Source: Terracidiphilus sp. (GTDB lineage: Bacteria; Acidobacteriota; Terriglobia; Terriglobales; Acidobacteriaceae). Taken from it: a DNA stretch of 54,814 nucleotides. Of this stretch, positions 28,805-38,222 are shown in pieces. Where the stretch lies: contig DASSHM010000081.1 in assembly GCA_035692885.1 (NCBI GenBank), forward strand, positions 1-54,814, written 5' to 3'. Made by a program: the position numbers and the translations under genes. The notes under the pieces were generated by a model, which worked only from the letters and a program-made list of their open reading frames with translations, was not told where the DNA came from and made no database searches. Position 1 is the stretch's first letter, and each line of letters starts with the position of its first letter.

Positions 28805-31144
28805 ATGGCAAAACAGGCAAATCTCATCCGATGTCTGGATTGGTCGCCGGCTGGGCGCATCAGATTTCAGTTAAGCGCCCTCGCGGTGGTTGCCATGTTG
28901 ACGGCAGTGGGCGTGGTTCCGGGGGCTGGCCAGGCTCAGACGGGTGCGGAGAGCAACTTGAAAGCGAAGAAGCCCGCCGAATCTTCTCCCCGGACGATCG
29001 GCGGCTACCAGGTTCACCAGACGATCGAGCTGGGTGGCCGCGTAACGGCGAACAAGGATGGCAGCAGCGCCATGTGGGCCACCATGATCAATCAGGGAAC
29101 CGGGATGCGCATTCTCGGCCATTCTCTCGAGATGCGCTCCGTCGATCCACGCAGGACGCCATTCTTCGATACATTAAGCTCCGGCAGCATCGGCTACGGC
29201 GGCGACCCGTACGATGCTTCCTACCTGAACATCTCCAAATGGCGCGTGTACAGCTTTGCGGGCAGCTTTCGCCGTGACCGCAACTACTTTGACTACAACC
29301 TGCTTGGCAACAATTTGTTTGGAGCCAGCGCCTTTTATCCTGAAACAAGCTCACCCCACCTGTTCAATACGGTCCGGCGTAATACTGATGCCCTCTTCAC
29401 GCTGCTTCCTCTGTCGCGCGTCAGCATCCGCGCCGGCATGAATCACGGTACGCACGAGGGGCCTTCCTTCTCCACCGTGCACGAGGGCGGCGACGCGCTT
29501 CTTCTGGATTGGTTTCGTAACGCCGCTGATACCTATCGCGGTGGCGTGGATGTAAAGCTGGCCAGGCGCACGCTACTCAGCTATGACCAGTTCTATGTGC
29601 TCTACAAGGGCGATAGCTGGCAGCAGCTCACCGGCGCTGACTACATGCTGGCAAATGGACAGAATGTTTCGTTCGGCATCAACACCACCACAACGACAAA
29701 ATGCAATGGCGCCTTGCAGGTGGTCAACGGCGTGGCCAACCCATATTGCAACGCATTTACATGGTTCAGCACCACGTCGCCCACCCGGACCTCGTTTGCC
29801 ACGGAGCAGTTGCGGTTTACGTCGCATTACTGGGCGCCGGTCGCGATGACCGGACGCGCTGCCTATAGCGGCGGCATCAGCAACGTGAACAGCTTCAACG
29901 AGACCTATACGGGCCTGACCAGCAGGACCGGCGTACGACAGGAGGTGGACACTGGCGCGTTGGGCAACGGACGCCTTGCACACAACAGGCGGATCAGCGT
30001 CAATGCCGATTACACCATTGAGGCCGGGTTGAGCCGGTACGTGTCCGTTTCCGATGCCATCCATTTCTGGTACTTCAGAATTCCGGGTATGAACAGCGTA
30101 AACTCCACGATCTGGACAATTCCCAGGGACACGACTCAGCCTAACAATGGCTACACGCTGCTGACGTCGGTTGATAGCCTCACTCCGGTTACGAGCATCG
30201 CGACAAACTACAACTCCCTCAACCAGAAAAATATCGGCAATACGGTCCTGGGCATCTTCACCGTCACTCCACGCGTCAAGCTGTCCGCGGGCTGGCGCTT
30301 CAACTCCCGGAACATCGTCGAGGGCGATGAAGACAACCTCACGTGGCATCAGAACTGGTTGTTGCTTGGTGTCGTGGTGCAGCCGTCTCCTATTTTTAGA
30401 TTGAACATCAACTATGACGGGATGCGCTCCAGATGGGAGAGAGGATCGACACCGGAGAACCTCGCGCCCAGCGATACCTACACCCGCGTGATGCCGAATC
30501 ACGCAAATCACCTGAGGATGCGGGCCAGGGTTGTTCCAGCCAAGTGGGTCAACTTCGCTTTCACTGGCAATACCTACGTGGCCAGAAACGACGATCCCCT
30601 GGTCAACCACAACGAGCATAATCAGGGCCTCAGTTTCGCCGCACAACTCATTCCCAGGGAATCCGTCAGTCTCGACCTGAGCTTTGGCCACAACGATATC
30701 TTCTCAACGACGGATATTTGTTACGTCTACACAGGAACGGCCGGACTGCCTGCGGGTGCAACCAACGCTGGAACCTGCACTCCCGCGAATAGTCCTGAAG
30801 GAAACACGTCTTACTACCTGGGCAACGCTTTCTACAATGCTCCTCAGACTTTTTTCAACGGCTCTGTCAACCTGGCTCCATCCCGGCGTTTTCGACTGAA
30901 TGGCGGGGCCCAGGTCAGCACCGTGGGCGGCAGCGCCGAGCGGCTGAATCCAAATATGGTTCCCGGTGCCTTACAGTCAACAATCGTCTCGCCATATGCT
31001 GATCTGCTGGTACCCATCGCCCCCCAGTGGACGTGGCACGGCAACTGGATGCACCACGGATACTCCGAAGCCGGCCCGGCGGGTCCGGCCCCACGAAGTT
31101 TCCATGGCGACGTAATCACTCTCAGCGTGAAGCACGAATTTTGA
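28805..31144 (+). CDS. outer-membrane beta-barrel, MtrB/PioB-like porin
   Basis: 11 bp after the decaheme stop. Signal peptide, ~780 aa of amphipathic aromatic/Asn/Thr-rich strands, C-terminal Phe (SVKHEF). Confidence 0.8.
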   Translation: MAKQANLIRCLDWSPAGRIRFQLSALAVVAMLTAVGVVPGAGQAQTGAESNLKAKKPAESSPRTIGGYQVHQTIELGGRVTANKDGSSAMWATMINQGTGMRILGHSLEMRSVDPRRTPFFDTLSSGSIGYGGDPYDASYLNISKWRVYSFAGSFRRDRNYFDYNLLGNNLFGASAFYPETSSPHLFNTVRRNTDALFTLLPLSRVSIRAGMNHGTHEGPSFSTVHEGGDALLLDWFRNAADTYRGGVDVKLARRTLLSYDQFYVLYKGDSWQQLTGADYMLANGQNVSFGINTTTTTKCNGALQVVNGVANPYCNAFTWFSTTSPTRTSFATEQLRFTSHYWAPVAMTGRAAYSGGISNVNSFNETYTGLTSRTGVRQEVDTGALGNGRLAHNRRISVNADYTIEAGLSRYVSVSDAIHFWYFRIPGMNSVNSTIWTIPRDTTQPNNGYTLLTSVDSLTPVTSIATNYNSLNQKNIGNTVLGIFTVTPRVKLSAGWRFNSRNIVEGDEDNLTWHQNWLLLGVVVQPSPIFRLNINYDGMRSRWERGSTPENLAPSDTYTRVMPNHANHLRMRARVVPAKWVNFAFTGNTYVARNDDPLVNHNEHNQGLSFAAQLIPRESVSLDLSFGHNDIFSTTDICYVYTGTAGLPAGATNAGTCTPANSPEGNTSYYLGNAFYNAPQTFFNGSVNLAPSRRFRLNGGAQVSTVGGSAERLNPNMVPGALQSTIVSPYADLLVPIAPQWTWHGNWMHHGYSEAGPAGPAPRSFHGDVITLSVKHEF

Positions 31145-31392
31145 TCATCAGTGCGAGCAGAATGAATGACATCTCCGGTTCACGGGTTCGAGCAGGAATC
31201 ACGATGCGCCGGCGTCGCTGAGGCGCTTTACCCGCTGAAGCACGTTGCGCTCCCCCTTCGGCGGCTTGCGAGGTATGCAGATGAAGAAATTGCGGTGAAC
31301 TCCGCCGCAGGCAGATTGCAGGGGTGCAGGATCTCATCGCGAAGGTACGTAATCTGAGGTTTTGGGTTGGACATGCTTTAAAGGAGCCAGGA

Positions 31393-31713
31393 ATGAAAAG
31401 GATAACTCGCAATGGAATGGTGTTCGCTGCGGCAATCTGTCTGGCCGGCAGTGTTGGCTACGCACAATCGGCCGGTGAAGCCTTGTATAACGCCAAGTGC
31501 AAAATGTGCCATGGCGCCCGGGGTGCAGCCGATACGCCCACAGCCCGCATGATGAAGGTGCTTCCCATCGACTCAGCGGAGATGAGGAAGCTCTCAGAGG
31601 CCGACATGATTAAGGCCACCACGGATGGAAAAGGAAAGATGCCGGCATATAAGGGCAAACTGACCGACGCACAAATCAAGGATGTGGTCGTCTATTTCCG
31701 CTCCCTGAAGTAG
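31393..31713 (+). CDS. periplasmic class I monoheme cytochrome c
   Basis: AAGGAG SD, signal peptide, CKMCH, distal GKMP (Met ligand). Confidence 0.9.
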   Translation: MKRITRNGMVFAAAICLAGSVGYAQSAGEALYNAKCKMCHGARGAADTPTARMMKVLPIDSAEMRKLSEADMIKATTDGKGKMPAYKGKLTDAQIKDVVVYFRSLK

Positions 31714-31773
31714 ACGTCGCAGTAGGCCAGCCACCCCCCATGTCGGGCCCATTCATCGCTGCTCGAGGAGAAC

Positions 31774-33219
31774 ATGCCAGATCCCCTGTTTCAGAGACTG
31801 CGTGAAAATTGGGTGCGGCCAGCGCTGTTTTTTGGCAACAACCCAGTCAGCCTCGCTGGCGGGGCGATTACCAGCGCGTCCGGCGCGGCCATGGTCGGAT
31901 ACTGGGTCATCGACATCTTCCGCGGGGGCAACATCAATCCTTATCTGGGCATCATCTTCTTCCTCATCCTGCCCGCCCTCTTCATCGGCGGACTGGTGCT
32001 CATCCCGCTGGGCATCGCAATCCGCCGGAGGAAGCTGATCCGACAGAAGATGATTCCGGCCATCTACCCCAAAGTTGATCTCAATGACCGCACCTTCCGG
32101 CATGGCATCGACATCGTGCTGGTGGCAACCATCATCAACCTCCTTATTGTGTCCATCGCCAGCTATCGTGGAACCGCATATATGGACTCGCCGCAGTTCT
32201 GCGGGCAGTCATGTCACGTCATGCACCCTGAGTACACGGCCTACAAGATCTCCCCTCACTCCCATGTCGCTTGTGTCGATTGCCACATCGGCACGGGTGC
32301 GGAGTCATTCCTTGCCGCCAAGGTCAATGGCACCAAGCAATTGATTGAAGTTGCCTTTAACAGCTATCCCCGGCCTATTCCATCACCGGTGCACAACCTT
32401 CGCTCTGCGCGCGTCATCTGCGAGGACTGCCACTCTCCATCAAAACTTGAGGGCGACAAGCTGCTCGTCAGGCCCAGCTTCGCTGACGACGAGAAAAATA
32501 CCGAGACACAGACGGTGGTCGTGCTGCACGTAGGTGGGCGCGACTCTCAATCCAGGTGGGTCGGGATTCACGGTGCACACCAGAGGCACATTGAATACAT
32601 CGCCACTGATTCGGCACGAGCCAAGGTTCCCTGGGTGCAGGCGCGGAACAACGACGGAACCGTGACAGTCTACGCCGTCGCATCGCTCAAGCCCGGCGAG
32701 GTGCCCCGCGGCGAGCGGCGCGTGATGGATTGCATCGATTGCCATAATCGCCCGGCGCATACTTTCACCACGGCTGCGGATGCGATGAACGGCGCCATGG
32801 CGGCTGGCGCCATCAGCCCTTCGCTGCCCTGGGTCCACAAGCAGGGGCTGGCTCTGCTTACGGCGGCCTACGCATCGCAGGAGCAGGCGCGTGAGCAGAT
32901 TCCCGCGGCTCTTGCGGAGTTCTATCGCGCCAACTATCCCGGGGTGCTTGCCAATCAGGCTGGTCTGATCAATCGTGCAGGCCTGGAACTTGTGAAGCTC
33001 TACAGCGAGAATGTGTTTCCCAACATGAAGGTGACATGGGGAACCTATCCCAACCAGATAGGCCACACGAGCTATCCCGGCTGCTTCCGCTGCCACGATG
33101 GCGATCACACCTCCAGGGGTGGCCAGACCATTACACAGGATTGCTCCGTCTGTCATAACCTTTTGGCCGTGGATGAGCCCAGGCCGAAAGTGCTGGCTGA
33201 TCTGGGAATCCAGCCGTAA
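31774..33219 (+). CDS. inner-membrane multiheme cytochrome c with NapC/NirT-like domain (ImcH-like architecture)
   Basis: Three N-terminal TM helices. Heme motifs CGQSCH (CX3CH), CVDCH, CEDCH, CIDCH, CFRCH, CSVCH. GAGGAG SD. Confidence 0.85.
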   Translation: MPDPLFQRLRENWVRPALFFGNNPVSLAGGAITSASGAAMVGYWVIDIFRGGNINPYLGIIFFLILPALFIGGLVLIPLGIAIRRRKLIRQKMIPAIYPKVDLNDRTFRHGIDIVLVATIINLLIVSIASYRGTAYMDSPQFCGQSCHVMHPEYTAYKISPHSHVACVDCHIGTGAESFLAAKVNGTKQLIEVAFNSYPRPIPSPVHNLRSARVICEDCHSPSKLEGDKLLVRPSFADDEKNTETQTVVVLHVGGRDSQSRWVGIHGAHQRHIEYIATDSARAKVPWVQARNNDGTVTVYAVASLKPGEVPRGERRVMDCIDCHNRPAHTFTTAADAMNGAMAAGAISPSLPWVHKQGLALLTAAYASQEQAREQIPAALAEFYRANYPGVLANQAGLINRAGLELVKLYSENVFPNMKVTWGTYPNQIGHTSYPGCFRCHDGDHTSRGGQTITQDCSVCHNLLAVDEPRPKVLADLGIQP

Positions 33220-33335
33220 GCCGCTTCAAAAACGCAATCGACGCGGGCGTCTGCTTCCGTTCTTGTCATTGTTTTCAGTTCAAATCCGACGCGCCATGTT
33301 AGGCTGACTCTTTGCTCGTGAGGAGTGCCACAGCC

Positions 33336-34802
33336 ATGCATGCCGGTCATCCATTTCATTTCAATCTGGTTGCCGCGGCACGCGCCACTATGATTGAGTA
33401 CGGCTTTCAGCCTGATTTTCCTGAAGGCACAGAGGCGCAACTGGACGCAATCGAGGCGCAGCCCGATGCCTCCGCAGTTCCCGGCGCGCGCGATCTCCGC
33501 CACCTGCTCTGGTCTTCGATTGACAATGACACCTCAAAGGATCTTGACCAGATCGAGTGGGCCGAGCAATTGCCCGACGGGCGCATTCGCGTGCTCATCG
33601 GCGTGGCCGACGTGGATGCGCGGGTTTCCAAGGGCACCGTAATTGATGGTCATGCCAGCAGCCAGACCACCTCTGTCTACACCGGGGTCAAGGTTTTCCC
33701 CATGCTGCCTGTTCAGCTCTCTGAGGGTATAACCTCGCTCAATGAAGATGTGGATCGCGCCGCGGTGGTGATTGAATTCTGCCTTGACGGGTGTGGCGGC
33801 GCGTCAGAGGGCACGGCCTATCGCGCCCTGGTGCGCAACCGGGCCCAGCTTGCCTATGACAGCGTGGGCGCCTGGCTGGCGGGCACAGCCCCCGCGCCAG
33901 AAAAAGTTGCCGCCAGCGCCGATCTCGAAGCCCAGCTCAGGCTCCAGGATGCCGCCGCCCAGCGCATGCTCGATTGCCGATTTCAGCACGGCGCGCTCGA
34001 CCTTGAAACCATTGAGACGCACCCCGTCATGCTCGCGGATGAAGCGGTGGAGATTGCGCAGCGTCAAAAGAGCCGCGCCACCACGCTGATTGAGGAGTTC
34101 ATGGTGGCGGCGAACGGCATCATGGCCAGAACCTTTGAAGGCGCGGGCCTGGCCTCCATCCGGCGCGTGGTGCACACGCCCAAACGGTGGGAGCGCATCG
34201 TGGAGATGGCCAGGAATCTGGGCGCCACCCTGCCCGCCAACCCTGATTCCAAGGCACTCAATGACTTTCTGCTCGAGCAGAAGAAGAAGGATCCCGATCA
34301 CTTTCCCGACCTGTCGCTTGCCGTGATCAAGCTGATGGGCCCCGGTGAATATGTCCTGGTCAAGTCCGATGAGATTGCGCCCGGCCACTTCGGTCTCGCG
34401 GTGCAGGACTATACCCACTCCACCGCGCCCAACCGCCGCTTCCCTGATGTGGTGACCCAGCGCGTGCTCAAGGCCTGGCTGACGGGCGGACCCCAGCCCT
34501 ACTCCGAAAGTGATTTGAACGCAATTGCCCTGCGGTGCACGCAGATGGAGGACGCCTCCCGCAAGGTGGAGCGCAAAATGCAAAAGCGCATCGCCGCCGT
34601 GGTGCTGCACCCGCGCATCGGGCAGAGCTTCAGAGCCATCGTCACAGGCGTCAATCACTACGGGACTTTTGTTCGCACGCTCGACCCGCACGTTGAGGGC
34701 ATGCTGGTGCAGGGCGCGCGTGGCCTGGATGTCGGCGACCGCGTCACCGTCCGGCTGTTGAACACGGATCCCGAACGCGGCTTCATCGATTTTGCAGTCT
34801 GA
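33336..34802 (+). CDS. RNB-domain exoribonuclease (RNase II/R family) with C-terminal S1
   Basis: SIDNDTSKDLDQ, IEEFMVAAN, HFGLA...YTHSTAPNRRFPD. No N-terminal cold-shock domains. Confidence 0.88.
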   Translation: MHAGHPFHFNLVAAARATMIEYGFQPDFPEGTEAQLDAIEAQPDASAVPGARDLRHLLWSSIDNDTSKDLDQIEWAEQLPDGRIRVLIGVADVDARVSKGTVIDGHASSQTTSVYTGVKVFPMLPVQLSEGITSLNEDVDRAAVVIEFCLDGCGGASEGTAYRALVRNRAQLAYDSVGAWLAGTAPAPEKVAASADLEAQLRLQDAAAQRMLDCRFQHGALDLETIETHPVMLADEAVEIAQRQKSRATTLIEEFMVAANGIMARTFEGAGLASIRRVVHTPKRWERIVEMARNLGATLPANPDSKALNDFLLEQKKKDPDHFPDLSLAVIKLMGPGEYVLVKSDEIAPGHFGLAVQDYTHSTAPNRRFPDVVTQRVLKAWLTGGPQPYSESDLNAIALRCTQMEDASRKVERKMQKRIAAVVLHPRIGQSFRAIVTGVNHYGTFVRTLDPHVEGMLVQGARGLDVGDRVTVRLLNTDPERGFIDFAV

Positions 34803-34873
34803 TCCTGGTCCATGCCGTCAAAGCAGATGTAATCTGGTCATCGCCGCGGCCGTTCTCTTCAATGCGTGCCGCT

Positions 34874-35710
34874 CTACCCGCCGGCCTCTTTCCGCGGATC
34901 TCCGGGCGCCAAGGTGCTTGAGCCGCCGGTTGGAAGGGCCGCCAAGTCTCCGGGCCGTGCGGCGCCCGGCTCGTCGATCCACAGGCACACAATCCACCAC
35001 ACCAGCACCGCGATATACACCGCGCTGTTGCCGTTCAGCAGCCGCTCGCGGATTCCAATCACGCGCGCGTACTCGGCCATCGACTGCGGTACGGCGCTTC
35101 TGGCAATCAACTGCCAGATTGCCTGCACGCCCAGTTGGCTGATGGAGGCGGTCGATAGCCCAATCGTGATGCGCTGCGTATGGCTGTGCCATCCGGCTCC
35201 ATACCGGCGCCCGTAGAGCACCATCACCACGCCCAGCCCCACGGTCAGCACGTCCACCATCACGCTCAGCCGCTGCGCCAGCAGCTGCACCAGCCCCAGC
35301 GTGGCCAGGGGCGAATTCGGACTGATGGACTTCCACGATGCCGGCCACGAACCCCATGCGCCGGCCACTCCTCCGCCGATCACCACAAACGCCAGAATCC
35401 AGATGGCCATGGTCCGCCGGCGCACTCCGCCAAAGGCTCGTCGCGCCAGCTCTGCCACCACCAGCAGCGCCACCACAGCTGATACCGCCGCAAGCACGAT
35501 AAAGATGCCGCCCAGTGTGATCTGGGGCAGGCGTCCGAAGAGCATCCTGCTGCACAGCAACCGCAGCGCGGCCAGGGCGGCCATTGCCGTGAACCACGGA
35601 TACCGTCGCGCTCGCTCGCGTCCCAGCAGGACCACCAGCAGAACCAGGCTGGCCGCAAACGTCAGCGTCCACAGAATCTGGACGGCCGTGAAGTGAAAGT
35701 TGAAGTGCAT
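34874..35710 (-). CDS. polytopic hypothetical membrane protein (~7 TM)
   Basis: AAGGAG SD before the ATG at 35710; alternating hydrophobic helices. Confidence 0.7.
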   Translation of the reverse strand: MHFNFHFTAVQILWTLTFAASLVLLVVLLGRERARRYPWFTAMAALAALRLLCSRMLFGRLPQITLGGIFIVLAAVSAVVALLVVAELARRAFGGVRRRTMAIWILAFVVIGGGVAGAWGSWPASWKSISPNSPLATLGLVQLLAQRLSVMVDVLTVGLGVVMVLYGRRYGAGWHSHTQRITIGLSTASISQLGVQAIWQLIARSAVPQSMAEYARVIGIRERLLNGNSAVYIAVLVWWIVCLWIDEPGAARPGDLAALPTGGSSTLAPGDPRKEAGG

Positions 35711-35864
35711 GAACTCCTTGTGTCTCCCGCTCTTCAGGGTTCCGGCGGAGCGGACCTCCGGGTCATTGGTCTGCCATGCCTGAGTGTGGACATGAACCCT
35801 GTGCCCGCCGCGGCTCCAACGCCGCTCGTTGCCAATCAATTTGCCGGGACGATTTGAGACCGGA

Positions 35865-35941
35865 TGGTGCGCCCGGAGAGATTCGAACTCCCGACCTAAC
35901 GCTCCGGAGGCGTTCGCTCTATCCAGCTGAGCTACGGGCGC
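35865..35941 (-). tRNA. tRNA-Arg(CCG)
   Basis: Reverse complement GCGCCCGTAGCTCAGCTGGATAGAGCG-AACGC-CT-CCG-GA-GCGTT-AGGTC-GGGAG-TTCGAAT-CTCTC-CGGGCGC-A-CCA. 77 nt with encoded CCA. Confidence 0.97.
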
Positions 35942-35982
35942 GCTCTTCCAGCATATCGCACTTTCCTGTGGCTTTGGCCCGC

Positions 35983-36270
35983 TCAGCCCGCGGCGGCATC
36001 CCCTCGGCGGCCGGCCTCGCGCTGCCTGCGCAGCTCTTCCATCACGGACTGGATAAGGGTCTTCGCGCCCTCCATCCCGCTCAAAACGGCCTGCAGGTCC
36101 AGCGCCGGCTTTTGCTGGTTGCGGTTTGACGTGCAGTACACGCCATGCTGGCCCACCAGAATCAGCGAGTCGGTCAGCATGTCCAGCGCCACCGCCAGCC
36201 TGCCGCGTTCCACGCCCATCATGAACTCCTGTTGCTCCAGTTCCGCGCGCTTCTCATCGAATACGTTCAT
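35983..36270 (-). CDS. small helical hypothetical protein
   Basis: Coding-like composition; TAGGCT -10 box 6 nt before the ATG (leaderless). Confidence 0.7.
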   Translation of the reverse strand: MNVFDEKRAELEQQEFMMGVERGRLAVALDMLTDSLILVGQHGVYCTSNRNQQKPALDLQAVLSGMEGAKTLIQSVMEELRRQREAGRRGDAAAG

Positions 36271-36388
36271 TCATCCAGCCTACCGGAATTGCCGCCGCCC
36301 GGCTCATGCCGGCTTGTTCCCCTGCCCGTCAGCCGGTACCATACCAGCCGGGCAGGGTTTTCCATCTTGCCTCACCGGAAGGCGGGCC

Positions 36389-38161
36389 ATGACGATGAGC
36401 GTCAGCATCAAATCGCATCGCACACACCACACAGCACGCATCCTTTTGGCAATCCTTGCTGCCGCGGTGCTTTTGCTTGCCCCGTCCCGGACCCGCGCCT
36501 CCCGGCCCGCGCCGCCTCTCCCGGATCTCGGCCCCAATGTGCTCATCTTCAGCCCGTCCACGCCTCCCGGTGAGATGCAGAAAAAGATTGACGCGGTTTA
36601 CGCCATCCAGCGCGACAGCCAGTTCGGCTCGGCGCGCTACGCCCTGCTTTTTCTTCCCGGCCAGTATCACGCCGATGTGCCGGTGGGCTATTACACGCAG
36701 GTGGCGGGCCTGGGCGTCACGCCAGACGCCGTGCGCATCACGGGCAACGTCCACGCTGACGCCAGCCTGCCCCGCAACAATGCCACGTGCACCTTCTGGC
36801 GCGATGTGGAGGGCTTTTCCGTCACCCCCACCGGCGGCACCATGCAGTGGGCGGTCTCCCAGGCCGCGCCCTTTCGACGCATGCACATCCTCGGCAATCT
36901 TGTGCTCAATCAGCATAATGGGTGGGCCAGTGGAGGCTGGATCTCCGACAGTCTGATTGACGGCAACGTCGCCTCCGGATCACAGCAGCAATGGATCTCG
37001 CGCAACAGCCAGTGGCGAAGCTGGACAGGATCCAACTGGAACATGGTCTTTGTGGGCATCCCCAACCCGCCGGCGGGCGAGTGGCCCCAGCCGCCCTACA
37101 CCAAGGTCGCCCGCACGCCCGTCGTCCGCGAAAAGCCGTTCCTGCAGGTCGATGTGAAAGGGAACTGGAGCGTGCGCATGCCCGCACTAGAGCAGGATAG
37201 CGTAGGCATCACCTGGCGCGGTGGCTCCACGCCCGGCCGCTCCATTCCGCTGAGCAGCTTTTATATCGCCCGGCCCGGCTCTGACTCCGCCGCCAGCATC
37301 AATGCGCAACTTGCCCGGGGAAAGAACCTGCTGCTCACTCCGGGCATCTATGACCTTGCGGAGCCCATCCGCGTAACCCGGACCAGCACCATCGTCCTCG
37401 GCCTTGGCTTTGCCACATTGCGCCCCACGCGCGGCACGGCAGCCATGACCACGGCTGACGCCGGCGGAATCGAGATTGCGGGCGTGCTGTTTGACGCCGG
37501 TCCGCAGGAGTCGCCCGTGCTGCTTGAGGTGGGTCCACCGCAAAGCAAGGCAAACCACGTGGTGAATCCCATCGTGCTGCATGATGTCTTCTTCCGCGTG
37601 GGCGGTGCCGGAGTTGGCAGGACCCGAACCAACCTGATCATCAACAGCAATAACACCATCGTCGACCACACCTGGATATGGCGGGCCGACCACGGCTCGG
37701 GCGTCGGCTGGAACCAGAACATCAGCGACAACGGCCTTGTCGTGAACGGAGACAACGTCACCATCTATGGCCTCTTCGTCGAGCACCACCAGCAGTTCCA
37801 GGTGCTGTGGAACGGAAACGGCGGACGCACTTACTTCTACCAGTCTGAGATTCCATACGATCCGCCCGATCAGGCCAGCTACGCGAGCGCGCCCGGAACA
37901 GACGGCTGGGCATCGTACAAGGTCGCTGATTCGGTCACTACCCACGAGGCCTGGGGGCTTGGCATTTACAGCGTGTTCCTGCATCCCAATGTCAATCTCA
38001 CCCGCGCCATTCAGGTTCCGCGCAGGCCCGGCGTCCGCTTTCATCACATCATCACCGTCGCGCTGGGCGATATGGGCGCGATCTCCAACGTGATTGACAA
38101 CACTGGCGGGCCTACGTCCATCCATCCCCGCGTCACGCCCAAAGTCGCCGAATTCCCATAG
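36389..38161 (+). CDS. secreted bacterial GH55-type exo-beta-1,3-glucanase (beta-helix)
   Basis: YALLFLPG, VGYYTQVAGLG, FWR, WAVSQAAPFRRMH, SQQQW, WIWRADHG, GLFVEH, YQSEIPYD, HEAWGLGIY. Signal peptide present. Confidence 0.75.
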   Translation: MTMSVSIKSHRTHHTARILLAILAAAVLLLAPSRTRASRPAPPLPDLGPNVLIFSPSTPPGEMQKKIDAVYAIQRDSQFGSARYALLFLPGQYHADVPVGYYTQVAGLGVTPDAVRITGNVHADASLPRNNATCTFWRDVEGFSVTPTGGTMQWAVSQAAPFRRMHILGNLVLNQHNGWASGGWISDSLIDGNVASGSQQQWISRNSQWRSWTGSNWNMVFVGIPNPPAGEWPQPPYTKVARTPVVREKPFLQVDVKGNWSVRMPALEQDSVGITWRGGSTPGRSIPLSSFYIARPGSDSAASINAQLARGKNLLLTPGIYDLAEPIRVTRTSTIVLGLGFATLRPTRGTAAMTTADAGGIEIAGVLFDAGPQESPVLLEVGPPQSKANHVVNPIVLHDVFFRVGGAGVGRTRTNLIINSNNTIVDHTWIWRADHGSGVGWNQNISDNGLVVNGDNVTIYGLFVEHHQQFQVLWNGNGGRTYFYQSEIPYDPPDQASYASAPGTDGWASYKVADSVTTHEAWGLGIYSVFLHPNVNLTRAIQVPRRPGVRFHHIITVALGDMGAISNVIDNTGGPTSIHPRVTPKVAEFP

Positions 38162-38222
38162 GCGGGAGCCGGCCGCCCGGCGCGAGCCGCGCGCGAGCAT
38201 GGGACAATAAGGCAATAACGTC

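Noticed and set aside
35865-35941. tRNA-Arg as the integration site of an island carrying the cytochrome cluster
   Set aside because: No integrase in the window, and I found no duplicated tRNA 3' end by eye.
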